DNA of 64,000 nt from Mobula hypostoma (Eukaryota), in contig NC_086109.1 in assembly GCF_963921235.1 (NCBI RefSeq), forward strand, positions 20,276,001 to 20,340,000, in the 5' to 3' direction. This document shows, in pieces, positions 50,501 through 64,000 of this stretch (positions within the stretch are counted from its first letter, which is position 1; each line of letters opens with the position of its first letter). The notes under the pieces are model-generated. The model had not been told where the DNA came from. It worked only from the letters and a program-made list of their open reading frames with translations, and made no database searches. A program made the position numbers and the translations under genes.

Positions 50501-53500
50501 TCTACGCTCTGCATAACCAGCCCATGACACCTAGTTCCAAATCTTATTTCTTGATCACTTTATAAAATGCATATCTGTGGCTCATCTTGTGATACAGGCC
50601 ATTGTAGGAGTGGCGACAAAAATCGACATGGCTGGAATTACTTCTAACATACACCTTATTCTTCCCCCAACAAATGGCGATGTAGTATGTGCGTATATAT
50701 ACAAAACGTAACATACACGGTGAACTTAACCCTTAACAGTCTGGGTGAATTCTGCCTAAGGAATCCCGACACCATGTGCTTTTGAAAGATAGTGTGTTTT
50801 GGACACATTAGATAGTGTACTTGAAAGTGGTATGGTTCAATAAGACCAAATATTATTTGCATCAATTACTATACAAATTCTTATTAATTCGTGCAGTAAT
50901 GTATCATGATTCTTGGTGGTGATCGTTCTCCACACATGTCTCCCAATTCTTTGAGATCATCGAACCCTATCAGAATTACCCCGTACTCCTTGCAACTTCT
51001 AGCTCCCCTCAAATAGATCTGTGCTTTTTAATATCGATTACTCCATTCAAGAGTGAGCTACGCATTTGAAGTATTTTGAATGTAGTTCCTCCAGATATCC
51101 CCATATGAAGAAATACTTTTTCAACGATAAATTTCTTTTCCATGACTTGCTCTTCAAGTCATATTAGTAGAAAAATGGAGAGCTGTTTCAATAACCTTTG
51201 TTCGCTTGTCAGCTGGTTTCCATTAGAGATGTGTTTGAAAGATGCGGTTAGCCGAGGGGCTTGTCATAGCAAATACCTGGTTCATTGAAATCGTGTTTTG
51301 TCACAACATTGCTTTATTGTATACATTCTCAGGGGATCCTGGGAACATAAGTATGCTTTAGCAACGAAAGGCAATTTGCCCTATCTTTCTCCAGTTTAGA
51401 CAGACCTTACACAGTCATTTTCCTGTTCTGTGACTCCCTTTTCCTCTTGTCTTCACTGATTATCTAATATATTCTTCATTAACTAGTTATCCGGAACCTA
51501 TCGGTGGCAAAGTTAGTACAGCCGTGGCCTCGCAGTGTCTGAGACGTGGATTCAGTCCTGATCTCAGGTGCTGTCGGTGCAGAGTTTGCACTTCGGGCTT
51601 CCTCCAGGTGCTCTGTTTTCCACTCACATCCCAAACACATGTGGCTGGTAGGTTAACTGGCCACTGCAAACTACTCTCAGAGTCTCGGCAAGTGAAAGAA
51701 TCCAGGGGCGGTTAATGTGAATGCGGGGAGCATGAAACAGATTGAGATTAATATAGGATGAGTGTAAAAGGGAGCTGGTGGTCAGCACAGACTCAACAGG
51801 CTGAAGGGCCTGTTTCCATGTTGTTTATGACCTACCCTACAGCCTCATAATGATGACAGTTTTCTGCTCTTCATCTTCACATTTGTTGTGCTGAGGTGTC
51901 CAACAGTCATATTTGATAGATTCATCTTGACCCTATTTCCTTAAAATACAATGCAAGTCTTGTTTTTTTGTTGTTCTTAGGGCACGGATTTTCCACTTTA
52001 CCAGCAAAGGATTGCACCCTCCTCTTCTCCCACTTCTCTCCAGTTCACATGCCACCCACTGCTTCCCTCTCCCAAGAAAGTAACATGATAGAAGAAGTCA
52101 TTTCTTTGGTCCAATCATTTAGTAATGTTAGTTTAGTTCAAGTTTAATTGTCATGCAACCATTCATGAATATCCATGAATACAGCTTTCCTCCGAGACCA
52201 GATACAAAACACAGTACCAATGGTCATATGCAGCATGAGGCATATTTAGCACATGTAAGGTAGCAATTAAACATACAGTCACATAAAAAATATATATAGG
52301 TTTCAAAGGTACATTTAATGTCAGAGTGTATATACAATATACATCCTGAAATGCTTTTTCCTCACAACCGTCCATGAAAACAGAAGAGTGCCCCCAAAGA
52401 ATGACAGTTAAATGTTAGAACCTCAAAGATCCCCCCTCCCAAGCTCCCCTCCCTCCAGTGCAAAAGCAGCAGCAAGCAACAATCCCCCCTCCCCACACCA
52501 GCAAAAAAAAGCACCAGCACCCGCCACCAAGCACTCAAGTGTGAGCAAAGCAACAGCAAAGACACAGACTTGCAGTTACCTAAAGACTACTTGTTCACCC
52601 GGTATTCGACATACCACAGGCTCTCTCTCTCTCCCTAATAAGGGAGAAAGAAAGAGGTGTCTCCATTTCACAGCGAGCAGGGAGACATAACAAATAACTT
52701 GCTGGTTTACGATGTTAAAAGTCAGTTGCATCGCTTTTTCCGAGCTCTGTGCCCAAAGAGCTTGGATCTCTGGGCACACAGCTGTAGATCTTCCGAACTC
52801 CCCAACAACACCCTGATCTCCTGCCATGACACCGACCTTCGATCTGTCAGTCTCCAGAGCCACGAGATCTCGGTCCCCCGAAGGTGAGCTGAGCTCTTAG
52901 GCCGAGCCCTTGGCGTGCCGAATAATGGCCAGAAACGAAACCTCCGAGAGCGGGTCCCATTCCCGCAAAGAACCATAGTCAGCCCTTAACTCCAGGTCAG
53001 GGTCTTCAAAAGAACCCTGAAAGGGAAAAATAGAGATAGGAAAGATGGAAATAGAGCTGTTTCTGAAGATACAAGGAAAGGAGTCGCCGTATAGCCCAAG
53101 TCCCTGAGTGACATCCCCTATAAACTGATGGTGCATAGGTGTTATCGGCAAGAACAAGCCAGTCTCAGCAGTCTGCAGATGAATGTACACACACACGTGC
53201 ACAAAAATCCAGTTTGTCTTCCACCGAATGGATACTGAAGGGCATTTATCCTTGCAAGCAGAACAAGTGCTACACCTGTCCCTACACCAAATGGACACTG
53301 GGGGGCAGCACCAACAGGAGGAGTCAGTCCCAACCCAGCATGGATACCACACTACACTGCCTCTGAGCTGCCACTCCTGGACTGCTGCAACAGGTAAGTC
53401 CAAGGCTTGAGGCCGCGTCCACACTACAACTGAGGCGGAGCAGCTCCCCAACATCTGTCTCACCATCGACATGACCAATGCCCAGCAGGGTCTTGCGGTC

Positions 53501-54243
53501 ACAAGAGAAACGTCCAAGAGAATGATCATCCACTGCTTTTGTGCATCTCTGAAGCAGACTGCAACATAGTCCATACCAAATCCAGCTCCTCCACCAACGA
53601 CACCTGCAGTACTTCAAGTTCTTAATGTCCAGCAATGCCTTGTAATCATAAAAACAGTGTTTTAAAAGGACAAAAACACCTTTGCTTGGCCCCAGAGAGG
53701 CTAATGTGTCCAAACGTGCCGACACCTGACCGGAAGTTAGAAACTCATTTATTTTCTCCGTTCATATACAATTCCCCCGTTCTTTGATTCCCTTCGCATC
53801 CAAAGATCTATTGTCCCAAGCCTTGAAAATAGACAACAATGAATCATTTACACTCTGCTACAGGAATGCTTAATGATTTACAATCTATTGAGTGAAGGAA
53901 TTTACCTTCGCCTCAGTGTTAATTAACCAACAGTTATCCTGAAAGGTAAGCTGGCTGGTGGTGTAGTAGCATCTGCACTAGACTACGAGGTGAGTCATCC
54001 TGGGTTCAAATCCAGCTGACTCCTTGCATTTTTTCCAGTTCAGCGTCAAGCTAGCTGCTTGGCCTCATAAAAAAAAAACAGACAAAAGGCTAAAGTGATG
54101 CCATCTGACGTGCCACAAGGTGTGAAAAGGAACAACAATCCAGGAACGATCACTCTTAGTTTTGTATTCCTACGGCAGGCAAAACATCCTCAATCGATCC
54201 ACTTGCATCTGATTTCTGCTGTAAGCAATATGAGAAAAGATTG

Positions 54244-54451
54244 ACACACACAAAATGCTGGAGGAACTCAACAGGTCAGGTAGCATCCATGGTGAGGAAT
54301 AAACAATCGATATTTTGGACCGAGATTCTTCATTAAGACTGATCAACTGTTTATTCCTCTCCAGAGATGCTGCCTGACCTGCTGAGTTCCTCCAGCATTT
54401 TGTGTGTGTGTGTTACTCTGGATTTCTAGCATCAGAAGAATCCCTTGTTTT
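54244..54451. mobile_element. Penelope-derived mini-palindrome
   Basis: acacacacaaaatgctggaggaactca ... tgagttcctccagcattttgtgtgtgt inverted arms with a decayed hammerhead at the centre. Confidence 0.8.
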
Positions 54452-55061
54452 CATGAAGAAAGATTTAGTAAACTTGCACTGTTCCCTTGAGTTTAGAAAA
54501 ATGTAAGGTGATCATATCGAACCATAACAATGGTTAATGGTTCAAGAGAATACTAAGTTCAAATAATCTTATTACAAAGTTCCATATGGGCTGCTCCAGT
54601 CAAGCGCCTTAAGCAGTTTATAAGCTTCAGTGAGATCTCTGGGACTTCTAAAGCCCAGGGAATATAACTTTGTCTACTCAATCGCTCCTTCTGGGACAAT
54701 CCACTATCTTAGAAATCAGTCTCCTGACCCTTCCAGTCAGTGTTCAGTAACAGGAATGGTAGAGGGAGTGTTTTGGGATCTTTTGGAATTTTCACTTCCC
54801 ATTATGAGATTATTTTGTGTGATTTCCCAGTGCCCCTGAGTTTGTTCTAGTGTCCTAACCTATTCTTATCATATGCCTTGATGAACAACCTTTAAAAAGA
54901 TTGCCTGATCATTTTCACATCCACGAGATGTTGGTGAATTTAAAGTGACTGCTACGAGTTTACACTAAAACTCTGCCAACACCAGCCTGTGGTCTGCAGA
55001 GATTTTGTTTTCTGCAAAGTGTTGCAGGAAAGAATGTCTTTCTTTAAGGAAGAAGCAGTAT

Positions 55062-55540
55062 ACACACTGTGGCCACTTTATTTGGTACACTTGTACCACT
55101 GTTTGTTAATGAAAATATCTAATTAGCTAATCACTTGGCAACAACCCAATGCATAAAAACATGCAGACATGGTCAAGAGGTTCAGTTATTGTTCAGACTA
55201 AACATCAGAGTAGGGAAGGAATATGATCTAAGCGACTTTGACCAGGGTTGGTGCTAGTTGGAGTGGTTTGGGTATCTCAGAAACTACTGATTTCCTGGGA
55301 CTCAGGGACTCCTCGGTTAATGGTAGTGGTCTATGGCATCAAAAAGGTTGGGAACCCCTGCTCTAGAGTTTACAGAGAATGGGGTGAGAAATAAGAAACA
55401 TCCAGTGAGCAGCAGTTCTGTGGGTGAAAATGCCTTGTTAATGAGAAAGGTCAGAGGAGAATGGCCAGGCCAGCTCAAGCTGACAGTAGCTCAAATAACC
55501 ATGTGTTACAACCTCCTGTATCTATTAAAGTGGCCACTGA
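55062..55540 (+). mobile_element. Internally deleted Tc1-like element
   Basis: TIRs gtggccacttta ... taaagtggccac and N-terminal transposase remnants DLSDFD..ISETTDFLG..SRVYREW..TSSEQQFCG. Small hAT-like insert at ~55303-55360. Confidence 0.75.
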
Positions 55541-56829
55541 CCATATGCCTTGAGACCTTGCCCTTTCTACAGGTTTAACAGGCAAAATCTTAATCAGATC
55601 TCCCAGCTTAAAGAAGCTGATGGCCTGTTAAATCAGTCCCTGATGAAGAACACTACTGATTATAGCAATGAAAGTAGACACTGTCTGAGCCTCATTTGCC
55701 ACTCGATCCTTCGGGACAGCATCACTTGGCCTTTGTCAAACTATTCATGTGGAATTGTGCTGATGCACCATTCATTTCAAGGAGATGCTGCTGTTCACCT
55801 CTTGCCAATAGAATAGCATTACCAAAAGAGCAGCGATCTAATGTTACAATCTCAAAAGATGACCACGTCAGCAGAGGGAATCAGCAGTGGAAGGCTGTCA
55901 GGTTTCAGCTAGTGCAAGTGAGGTTTCAGTCACGTTCTTTGTGATTATATTCTTATTCTGCTCTCACTCAAGAGTTTTTCCCAGTTTTCTTAAGCTAGAC
56001 AGGTAGATAACTGCAGTCCCAGCGAGTTGTAGTTGAAAGTGGTTTAATTATTCACCAATGTGTTACAGTACACTAGGAGCCAGTATAAAAAGGCAGTACT
56101 TCTCAGTGTTCTAATAAAAGGCAGGTTCAAATATTGATTGAAATCCCTTCAACTTCTAGCAAGTGCTTCTAACTACTAAGTGAAGTGTACAAATGATATA
56201 ACATGGCCACACTGATGACCAAAGCTAATTGCTTAACAATGCGATATTGAGTAATCAATAACAGCTGCGAAACCACAGGTAAGCAGTGAGATCTAGTAAT
56301 TAGAAATAAAATAACAATCCAAATCAGGAAAGACATAACAATTCTATATTCTTTGTCTGTGAGCTTTTACTATAAGCAACTATATTCTTTGTGTGTGCGT
56401 GTGTATTTGTGAGTTTTAAGGTAGTATGTGAATGCACGTGTGTGTCTGTATGTGTGGATTTCATGTATATTTGGCAGAGGGTGCTAGACTGATCCAATGG
56501 ATGCAAAGGTTTCCATGCATCACATATGGTTCACGGAACACAAGCTTAGAACCTGGGCAGCTATTTAGGGTCACATTGCTCAGAAGTGATGGATGGAGAT
56601 GAAAGCTCATCAGGTCTTAGTGGGACTTTGTGCTCTGACCTTATTTGATAGTTTAATCACTATCAGACAAGGTAATCAACATACCGAAGCACCACAAACC
56701 CCCATTTAACTGTTCTCTCTCCAGCAAGTTAAATAATTGCCTAGTTCAGAAAGCCCATTCATTTCCCCAGCTGGATTGCATTAGTCTCTGATTGTTTCAT
56801 TCCTCCTCAAACAGAGATTTGGTTTAATG

Positions 56830-57215
56830 GCATCCAGCAGTCAAGCAAACCAAGTTTGGAAATGATAAAAGCTTGTCTCGGTACATGAAGACCAAGAAGG
56901 ACACCACGTTAACTGGGATACTGCGGAGGTTCTGGTGCAGGCATGAGTATCTGTAGAAGCGTGGTTCTCTTCTGATAATTCCATAAACAAACACGTCAAA
57001 ATCGACATTATCTGCAAACCCCTAAGAGCCAAAGAAGTGCAAGCCAATAGAATTCAAAGGTCAATCGAAGGGTAGCCAATCAGGACCGAGGTAAGCGAAC
57101 AGGGGCCTATATAAACGTGAGCACTCCCTGAGAGGAACACCAACAACTGTACACTGAGGATGTCACAGTGACTGCAAGCAAATTGTCAAGCTTGGTGAGC
57201 ACCACATCACCAAAC
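56830..57215 (+). mobile_element. Penelope-like (Poseidon-type) endonuclease C-terminus and 3' end
   Basis: SLVSVHEDQEGHHVNWD..EAWFSSDNSINKHVKID, followed by a truncated ctgaggatgtcac hammerhead remnant. Confidence 0.6.
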
Positions 57216-57607
57216 GAAATAATATTGTCATATTGGGGTTATTCATCGTTTTTGACCTGGACGGAACCTTAACATTGGCAAAGAAGAGAAGGCCATTCAG
57301 TCTCTCAAGCTCATCCCACTTTTCAATGAACTAACTACCCTTCTTAGCAAATAATGAAGATTTTAGAAGCTGAGCAGGTGATGTTTGCAGAGTTCCAAGG
57401 TTTAGTTCTGACAGGAACGTTATGAGTCTTTTGTTTTAGAATCAAAAATTGAACCCCCAGGAATGAATTAAGTTATAACAGTAGATATAAACACACCAAG
57501 TTCTTGTGTCCATGTCGACATCTCATAAAGTCAAATTCCAGGTTTGTTTTTTTGAAATAAAAGAATGAGTAATTTGCCATTTGAAAGATCAGTGAGATAC
57601 AATTTTC

Positions 57608-57870
57608 TGCCCGGTGGATGTAAAAAAATTCATGGCATATTTTTCAAAGAAGGCTGAAGGAATTCTCCTTGGTGTTCTGCCAAACTTTAAACCCTCAACC
57701 AACCTCATTCAAAAATATCTAGTCATTTTTACATTATTGTTTGTGGAACTTTGCTGTGTAAAAAAGTGGGTGCCACATTGTGTATATTATAACAGCAAGT
57801 ATTTTTTCAAGCACTTCATTGGCCAGAAACGATTTGAGGTATCTATGGTTAAAATGTGTTTGTCTTTTTG
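57608..57870 (+). mobile_element. Deu-domain SINE remnant (others ~36560-36780, and 44735-45115 on minus)
   Basis: ggtggatgtaaaa..catggca..ccctcaaccaac..tgtttgtgg..ttgctgtg..acttcattggc, matching the recalled SacSINE1-type consensus. Confidence 0.6.
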
Positions 57871-58221
57871 GACAATTCAACAAGATGATGACAATGTGAC
57901 TTATTCTTTAATATTTTTCAAACTTTCCATTTCCTGGTGTGTTCAAGAGCTATGATTTAACCCCAAGGGCATTGATATGAGAGAACTCTGAAAAGATCTG
58001 ATAAAGACACTCAAAAATACATCAATTTTTCATTTTCTTGAACACTTTTGCTTTATTAGTTTTAGTAATATTGGAGACAGGGTAAAAAAAAAACACCCAA
58101 CTTGACCATCAGTTAGAAATCTTACAATAAGTTAATTAGAATCATGTCACTTTGATATCGGTCAGCCAAAATATTTAGGGAGGAGGCCATATGATGAAAC
58201 CAGCATAGATGCGTCCAATCA

Positions 58222-58432
58222 GAGCAACACACACAAAATGCTGTAGGAACTCAGCAGGTCAGGCAGCATTTATGCAAATAAATAAACAGTTGACGTTTCA
58301 GGCCAAGACCCTTCTTCAGAACTTAGCCCGAAACGTCAACTGTTTGTTCTTTTCCATAGATACTGCCTGACATGCTGAGTTTCTCCAGCATTGAGTGTTG
58401 CTCTAGATTCCCAGCAATCTGCAACTCTGTCC
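58222..58432. mobile_element. Penelope-derived mini-palindrome
   Basis: Inverted arms caaaatgctgtaggaactcagcaggtcaggcagc / ctgcctgacatgctgagtttctccagcatt. Confidence 0.8.
58287..58323 (-). ncRNA. Best-preserved minimal hammerhead motif in the window
   Basis: AGTT-CTGAAGA-A-GGG tcttgg CCT-GAAAC-GTC-AACT. GUC site, palindromic ACGT stem III and perfect 4-bp stem I. Confidence 0.7.
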
Positions 58433-60324
58433 TTAGCCATGAAATTCCTCATTAAACCTCCTTAATTTAAAATGGTCCTTGGGAGCTAGTGTAACGCTTC
58501 ACAGTGCCAGCAGCTCGAGTTCAATTCCCACCGCTGTCAGTAGGCATACGTTCTCCCGTTGACCTCGTGGGTTTCCTCCGTGTGCTCCTGTTTTGTTCCA
58601 CATTCCAGAAAAAGATGTGAGTTACCAAGTTGTGGGCATGATACGTTGGCGCTGAAAGCATGGCGACTTGCGGGCTGCTCCCTGGCATATCTTCAAACTG
58701 TGTTGGTTCTTGATGCATATATTACATTTCATTGTACGTTTCAATGTTTCAATGTACATATGACAAATAAAGCTAATTTTTAATCTTTGACTATGATCAC
58801 TTAGTTTGTAGCTAGATGTGAAATATATTTGATTAAAACGTCTGTGAGGCACGCTGGGGTAGTTGACTATGTCAAAAGCAAGGGGCTGGTATGAACATTT
58901 CAGAAATCATTGCTGTGACGGGTTGTGGGTTGCCTATTGAGGTACAGTTCTGATCTCCCGGAGCACAGGTCTTTGTGTGATGGTTGAAAAGGAGGGAGGA
59001 ACAAGGAAGAAACTTTATTTAGCTTCAATCTTTCATTTACTGAAGGTGTTGATCTGTAAGTCACAAATTTCGCTTTCTAGCCACACAATGATGCAGGTTA
59101 AAAAACATTGTCATCATAAGACCAATGTATTGAGCAAACATTGACCACAAAATAACACTCAAAATCTAGCAGCCAAACCACACACGATGAGAGAAAGCAT
59201 TTTTTATTCTTGCGTGCTTATCAACTGCCATTCTATTTCCTGCTTCTGTTAAATTTGCTGGGTTCACAAGAAAATGTATCAGAAAGCACACTATTGCCTC
59301 TACTTACTCAGATGTCTAAGGAAATTCTGCATGTCCCCGATGACTCTTACTAATTTTAACACTATGGAAACCATCTTATCTGAATGCATCAATGCTTGGT
59401 ACGGCAAATGCTCTGCCAAAGGCTGCAAGGACTTGCAGAGAGTTGCGAACACAGCCCTGTCCTGGGACCTACTGTAAATATTTACTTTTTTATTTCGACC
59501 TGCTGCCCCTTCAAGCTGCATCACCCAGCGACCCAACAACACAACCCTAACCTAATCATGGGGCAAATTTACAATGAGCAACTAACAGGCATGTTTTTGG
59601 ACTCTGGCAGGGAACTGGAGCGCCTGGAGGAAATCCAAGCACCTGCACAGGAAGGAACGTACAAACTTGCTTACAGGGGATGCCGGAATTGAACTCGGAA
59701 CTGCGACACCCTCAGCGGTAATAGCATCGCACTAACTGCTATGCTACAGTGACACTCCAATATGTTCCCTATCCCACTTAGAATATAAATCCACTACAAT
59801 GGTGATCAATTTTCCTATGAATGGAAATGCAATATCTAGATGTATCCTCAAATGTTAGCGCTAAGCACCGAGAGGAGACTCCCACCCCCGCCGAATTCCA
59901 CTGAGAGGAATTCATGGGCAAATAAAAATGTGAAGATACAGTGGCTGAAAACACAAAGTTAAAAAAAAGCAGAAAATGATGGAAGCACGCATCATCAGAG
60001 GAAATTCTTCATTAGGATTGGGAAAAGGAGAAAATAAGTCAGTTTTGAGTTAGGGGAGTTGGAGAGGTGTGGATAGGACAAAGGAAATTCATTTGATAGT
60101 GTAAGGTCAGATTTGCCAAGGAGTTAAGTTGTAGGTGAAGTCTTCTGATCGATAGTTGAGCAAAAGAGATTGGAAGGAGAAAGTTTGAATAAAAAAACAT
60201 AAAGTTATGAAATAAGATCAGTAAGAAAAAGAAAATAAAAACAAATGATTACAAAGTTGTAAAACATGGTGCTGTAGAAATCGTCCAGTTTACAGAGGGA
60301 AAAACTGAGCAATATCATAAATGA

Positions 60325-60920
60325 AGCACACACAAAATGCTCGAGGAGCTCAGCAGGTCAGGCAGCTACTATGGAAATGAATAGACTCTTCGGGCCGGGA
60401 GTCTTCTTCAGGACTGAGAAAGAAGAGGGAAGATGCCAGAGTAACAAGGTGAGAGGAGTGGAAGGAGGATAGTTCAAAGGTGATAGGTGAAGCCAGGTGG
60501 GTGGGAAAGGTCAAGGGCTGGAGAAAAAGGAATCTAATGGGAGAAGAGAGTGGTCCATAGGTGAAAGGGAAGGAGGAGGGGACCCAGGGGGAAGTGAAAT
60601 ACAGGTGAGAAGAGGTGAGAGTGGGGAATAGAAGAACAGGGAGGGAGGGTTTTTTTTAACCACTAGGAAAAATTGATATTTGTGCTATCAGGTAAGAGGC
60701 GACCCAGACAGAATATCAGGTGTTGCTCCTCCACCCTGAGGGTGGCCTCATCTTGGCACAAGAGGAGGCCATAGACTGACAATGTCAGAACGGGAATTGG
60801 AACTGGATATAAAGTAGCTGGCCACAGGAAGTCCTGCTTGTGGCGGATGATGTGGAGATTCTCGATGAAGCCGTCCCCCAGTCTATGATGGGGTCTCACC
60901 ATTGCAGAGGAGGCCACGTC
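60325..60920 (-). mobile_element. Penelope-like 3' fragment
   Basis: GLLLCQDEATLRVEEQHLIFCLGRLLPDSTNINFS, with a decayed hammerhead at ~60384-60415. Confidence 0.85.
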
Positions 60921-62089
60921 GTGAGCAAGTGGTTGACCAGCATCAGAACCAATGTTCAGACACAAGCAGAGAAAGTGAGCCATGCAGAACTAAATATTAA
61001 GTCCAGAATGCCACAATGCACCCAGATGGAAAATGAACTGAGCCTATACATGAGGATAGCTGCGGGGAGGGCTGCCCTGGATAATGAGCCCGAAACCACA
61101 GGTCACAGTCCCACAGCAAAGGATTGACAAGCAACATTTAGTCTGAAACCACCCTGATTAATTTTCATCCAACCTTGTTGCCAGGTAGTGAAGCATCATT
61201 CAATGTACCCAAACAGTGAATAAAAAAACAACACCCAAAGTTCAGCTGTCAATCAATAGCCATTTTGATCTTCTGTATACCCATCATTAGACTGTGGTTA
61301 TAATAACACTTTCACCATATTCTTAAAGTGTCCTCACTATGTGGAAATGTTGTAGCTGCAATGATCTAAACCGCACGCTACTCCGATTTCTGTATGATTC
61401 CTATGATTCGCATACTTTTATACACCAACCACTTTTTGACTAAACATTTTTCTTAACTTCCTAATGACTTCTGTGCCTGCATTTTTCTGAATATCATGAA
61501 CTGGCTCACCTAGGTCCTTGTATACTTTAACTTTTTTTAGTTTCTCACTCTATGCACAGGTAATGAGTGGATTCTGCTTTTACAGACGTCTGTCAGTTGA
61601 TTCTGGCCTTAGTCTGAAAATACACACAAAAAAAATCACTCAATATTGCAACCATACCTCCACAGTTTTGTAATGAATGACATCAAAATCACAAAAAGAT
61701 TAAAGATTAACTATATTTGTACGTCAAAGCATATAGTGAAATGCATCATTTGCACCAATGATTAACGCAGTCCGAGGATGTGCAGGGGGCAGCTTGCAAT
61801 TGTCGCCATGCCTCCAGAATCTAAAGCATGCCCACAACTTACTAACCCTCACTGACTTATAAGACTGATTAGAAAGAGTAATGACTAAAAATAGAGAAAG
61901 AAAGTGAGAGTTCTACTGCTTGTAGGAAAAAGCATATATACATGTGGGATCGAGGCCGAGAGGTGAGCCACAGACACCCGAGGAGCCAACGCTCACAGCG
62001 ATTGATAACCGGGGATATTGAGCAGTGGGATCACTCAGCTACCCAGCTGGCCTGGACGCAGCAGAGGCTAGCAGTGAGCTGAACAGCTA

Positions 62090-62225
62090 ACCAATCTGAA
62101 CAATGAATCAGACCAATATAAACACCAACACTCCACAGAAGCAACACCCATTGATGGTGTCACCTCGACAGGTGATGAAATGTTTGCGACCTAACCTCCA
62201 GGCTCGGCAAAACAACCCTACAAAC
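62090..62225 (+). mobile_element. Penelope-like terminus with decayed hammerhead (third type)
   Basis: tTGATGg-t-GTCACCT cgac AGGTGAT-GAAAT-GTT, a 7-bp stem II hairpin between hammerhead-like cores; related to 57150-57215. Confidence 0.45.
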
Positions 62226-62702
62226 AAATACAGTAGGTACACATGTCAGGCTTTTGAATTTGATACTCAGGAAGCTTATTTATGCATGGGGTGTCTAAAA
62301 TTTGGACATTCTTAACCTGGGCATAGCTGTATTTTCTTTATCTATTATGTATCCTCTTGTAAATAATAATTTCAATTTTACATAAAGGATACTCCATCTG
62401 CCATCTTTCAGTCATTTACACTTTGCAAATTATTTGCATCTTCCCTGGAGATTATTTTGGATAGAAAAACTTTCTAAAGATGTTTTGGGTTGTCACAGTA
62501 AAGATCATTTCATGACATAAGGATTGGATATATCCATTAACAAAGTGCCAGAACAGATAAAGTACTGGTGCTGATCTTTAACAGAATGCTAATCTCTGAA
62601 GGTTTCTTTGTTCCTTTCAACCACAAACCATGTGAGCCCTTATTTCATGGAATAATCTTTAACATGATAACCCGAAATGTCTTTTGAAAAACTATACTTA
62701 GA

Positions 62703-64000
62703 ATGTAGAACATAGAATAGTACAGCACAGTGCAGGCCCTTTGGTCCACAATGTTGTGCTGACCCTTAAACCCTGCCTCCCATATAACCCCCCACCTTAA
62801 GTTCCTCCATATACCTGTCTAGTAGTCTCTTAAATTTCACTCGTATCTGCCTTCACCACTGACTCAGGTAGGGTATTCCACGCACCAACCACTCTGAGTA
62901 AAAAACCTTCCTCTAATATCCCCCTTGAACTTCCCATCCCTTACCTTAAAGCCATGTCCTCTTGTATTGAGCAGTGGTGCCCTGGGAAAGAGGCGCTGGC
63001 TGTCCACTCTATCTATTCCTCTTAATATCTTGTATACCTCTATCTTATCTCCTCTCATCCTCCTTCTCTCCAAAGAGTAAAGCCCTAGCTCCCTTAATCT
63101 CTGATCATAATGCATACTCTCTAAACCAGGCAGCATCCTGGTAAATCTCCTCTGTACCCTTTCCAATGCTTCCACATCCTTCCTATAGTGAGGCGACCAG
63201 AACTGGACACAGTACTCCAACTGTGGCCTAACCAGAGTTTTATAGAGCTGCATCATTACCTCGCGACTCTTAAACTCTATCCCTCCACTTATGAAAGCTA
63301 ACACCCCATAAGCTTTCTTAACTATCCTATCTACCTGTGAGGCAACTTTCAGTGATCTGTGGACTTGTACCCTCAGATCCCTGTGTTCCTCCACACTTCG
63401 AAGTATCCTGCCATTTACTTTGTACTCTGCCTTGGAGCTTGTCCTTCCAAAATGTACCACTTCACACTTCTCTGGGTTGAACTCCATTTGCCAATTCTCA
63501 GCCCACTTCTGCATCCTAGCAATGTCTCTCTGCAATCTTCGACAATCCTCTACACTATCCACAACACCACCAACCTTTGTGTCGTCCGTGAACTTGCCAA
63601 CCCACTCTTCTACCCCCACATCCAGGTCGTTAATAAAAATCACGAAAAGTAGAGGTCCCAGAACCGAACCTTGTGGGACACCACTAGTCACAACCCTCCA
63701 ATCTGAATGTACTCCCTCCACCACGACCCTCTGCCTTCTGCAGGCAAGCCAATTCTGAATCCACCTGGCTAAACTTCCCTGGATCCCATGCCTTCTGACT
63801 TTCTGAATAAGCCTACCATGTGGAACCTTGTCAAACGCCTTACTAAGATCCATATAGATCACATCCACTGCACTACCCTCATCTATATGCCTGGTCACCT
63901 CCTCAAAGAACTCTATCAGGCGTGTTAGGCATGATCTGCCCTTCACAAAGCCAATCTGACTGTCCCTGATCAGACCATGATTCTCTAAATGCCCATAGAT
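62703..64000 (-). mobile_element. Young CR1 LINE RT region, continues beyond the window
   Basis: 360-aa ORF with GRSCLT, MDLSKAFDKVPH, GVPQGSVLGP and FTDD motifs; tail at ~62705. Confidence 0.95.

Noticed and set aside
51981..52147. Possible second exon for the 44330 leader (also an acceptor near 46630)
   Set aside because: Phase-1 translations hit stops with no recognisable domain or good donor.
57614..57955. 113-aa hydrophobic ORF
   Set aside because: Lies over a decayed Deu-domain SINE.

Overview
Repeat-dense vertebrate genomic DNA. The repeat mix (CR1, Rex1/Babar-like, RTE, Penelope-like elements, V- and Deu-domain SINEs) suggests a cartilaginous fish, probably a ray; this is an inference. 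One host gene is well supported on the + strand: a C2H2 zinc-finger gene with 10 C2H2 fingers, one terminal C2HC finger and no KRAB/SCAN/BTB domain. Its probable first exon (ending ATG GCC|gtgagt at 20130) lies in a CpG island and splices in frame across a ~10.5 kb intron to the finger exon (30608-31660). A Thr/Pro-rich mucin-like exon on the - strand runs off the left edge, and a candidate signal-peptide exon sits at 44330-44384. The most unusual structure is in the ZNF intron, a palindrome nested in a palindrome. A TA-flanked Tc1 element made of two inverted 3' halves (24976-29073) carries a young Penelope-like insertion with ~1.06 kb near-identical inverted arms, each bearing a minimal hammerhead-ribozyme motif. 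Three ~200 bp Penelope-derived mini-palindromes elsewhere have their inversion junction at the hammerhead and share the same ~35 nt one-sided tail. Most ORFs in the track are transposon fragments or antisense shadows. TE family names come from recalled motifs rather than database searches, and repeat boundaries are approximate unless a TSD is quoted.
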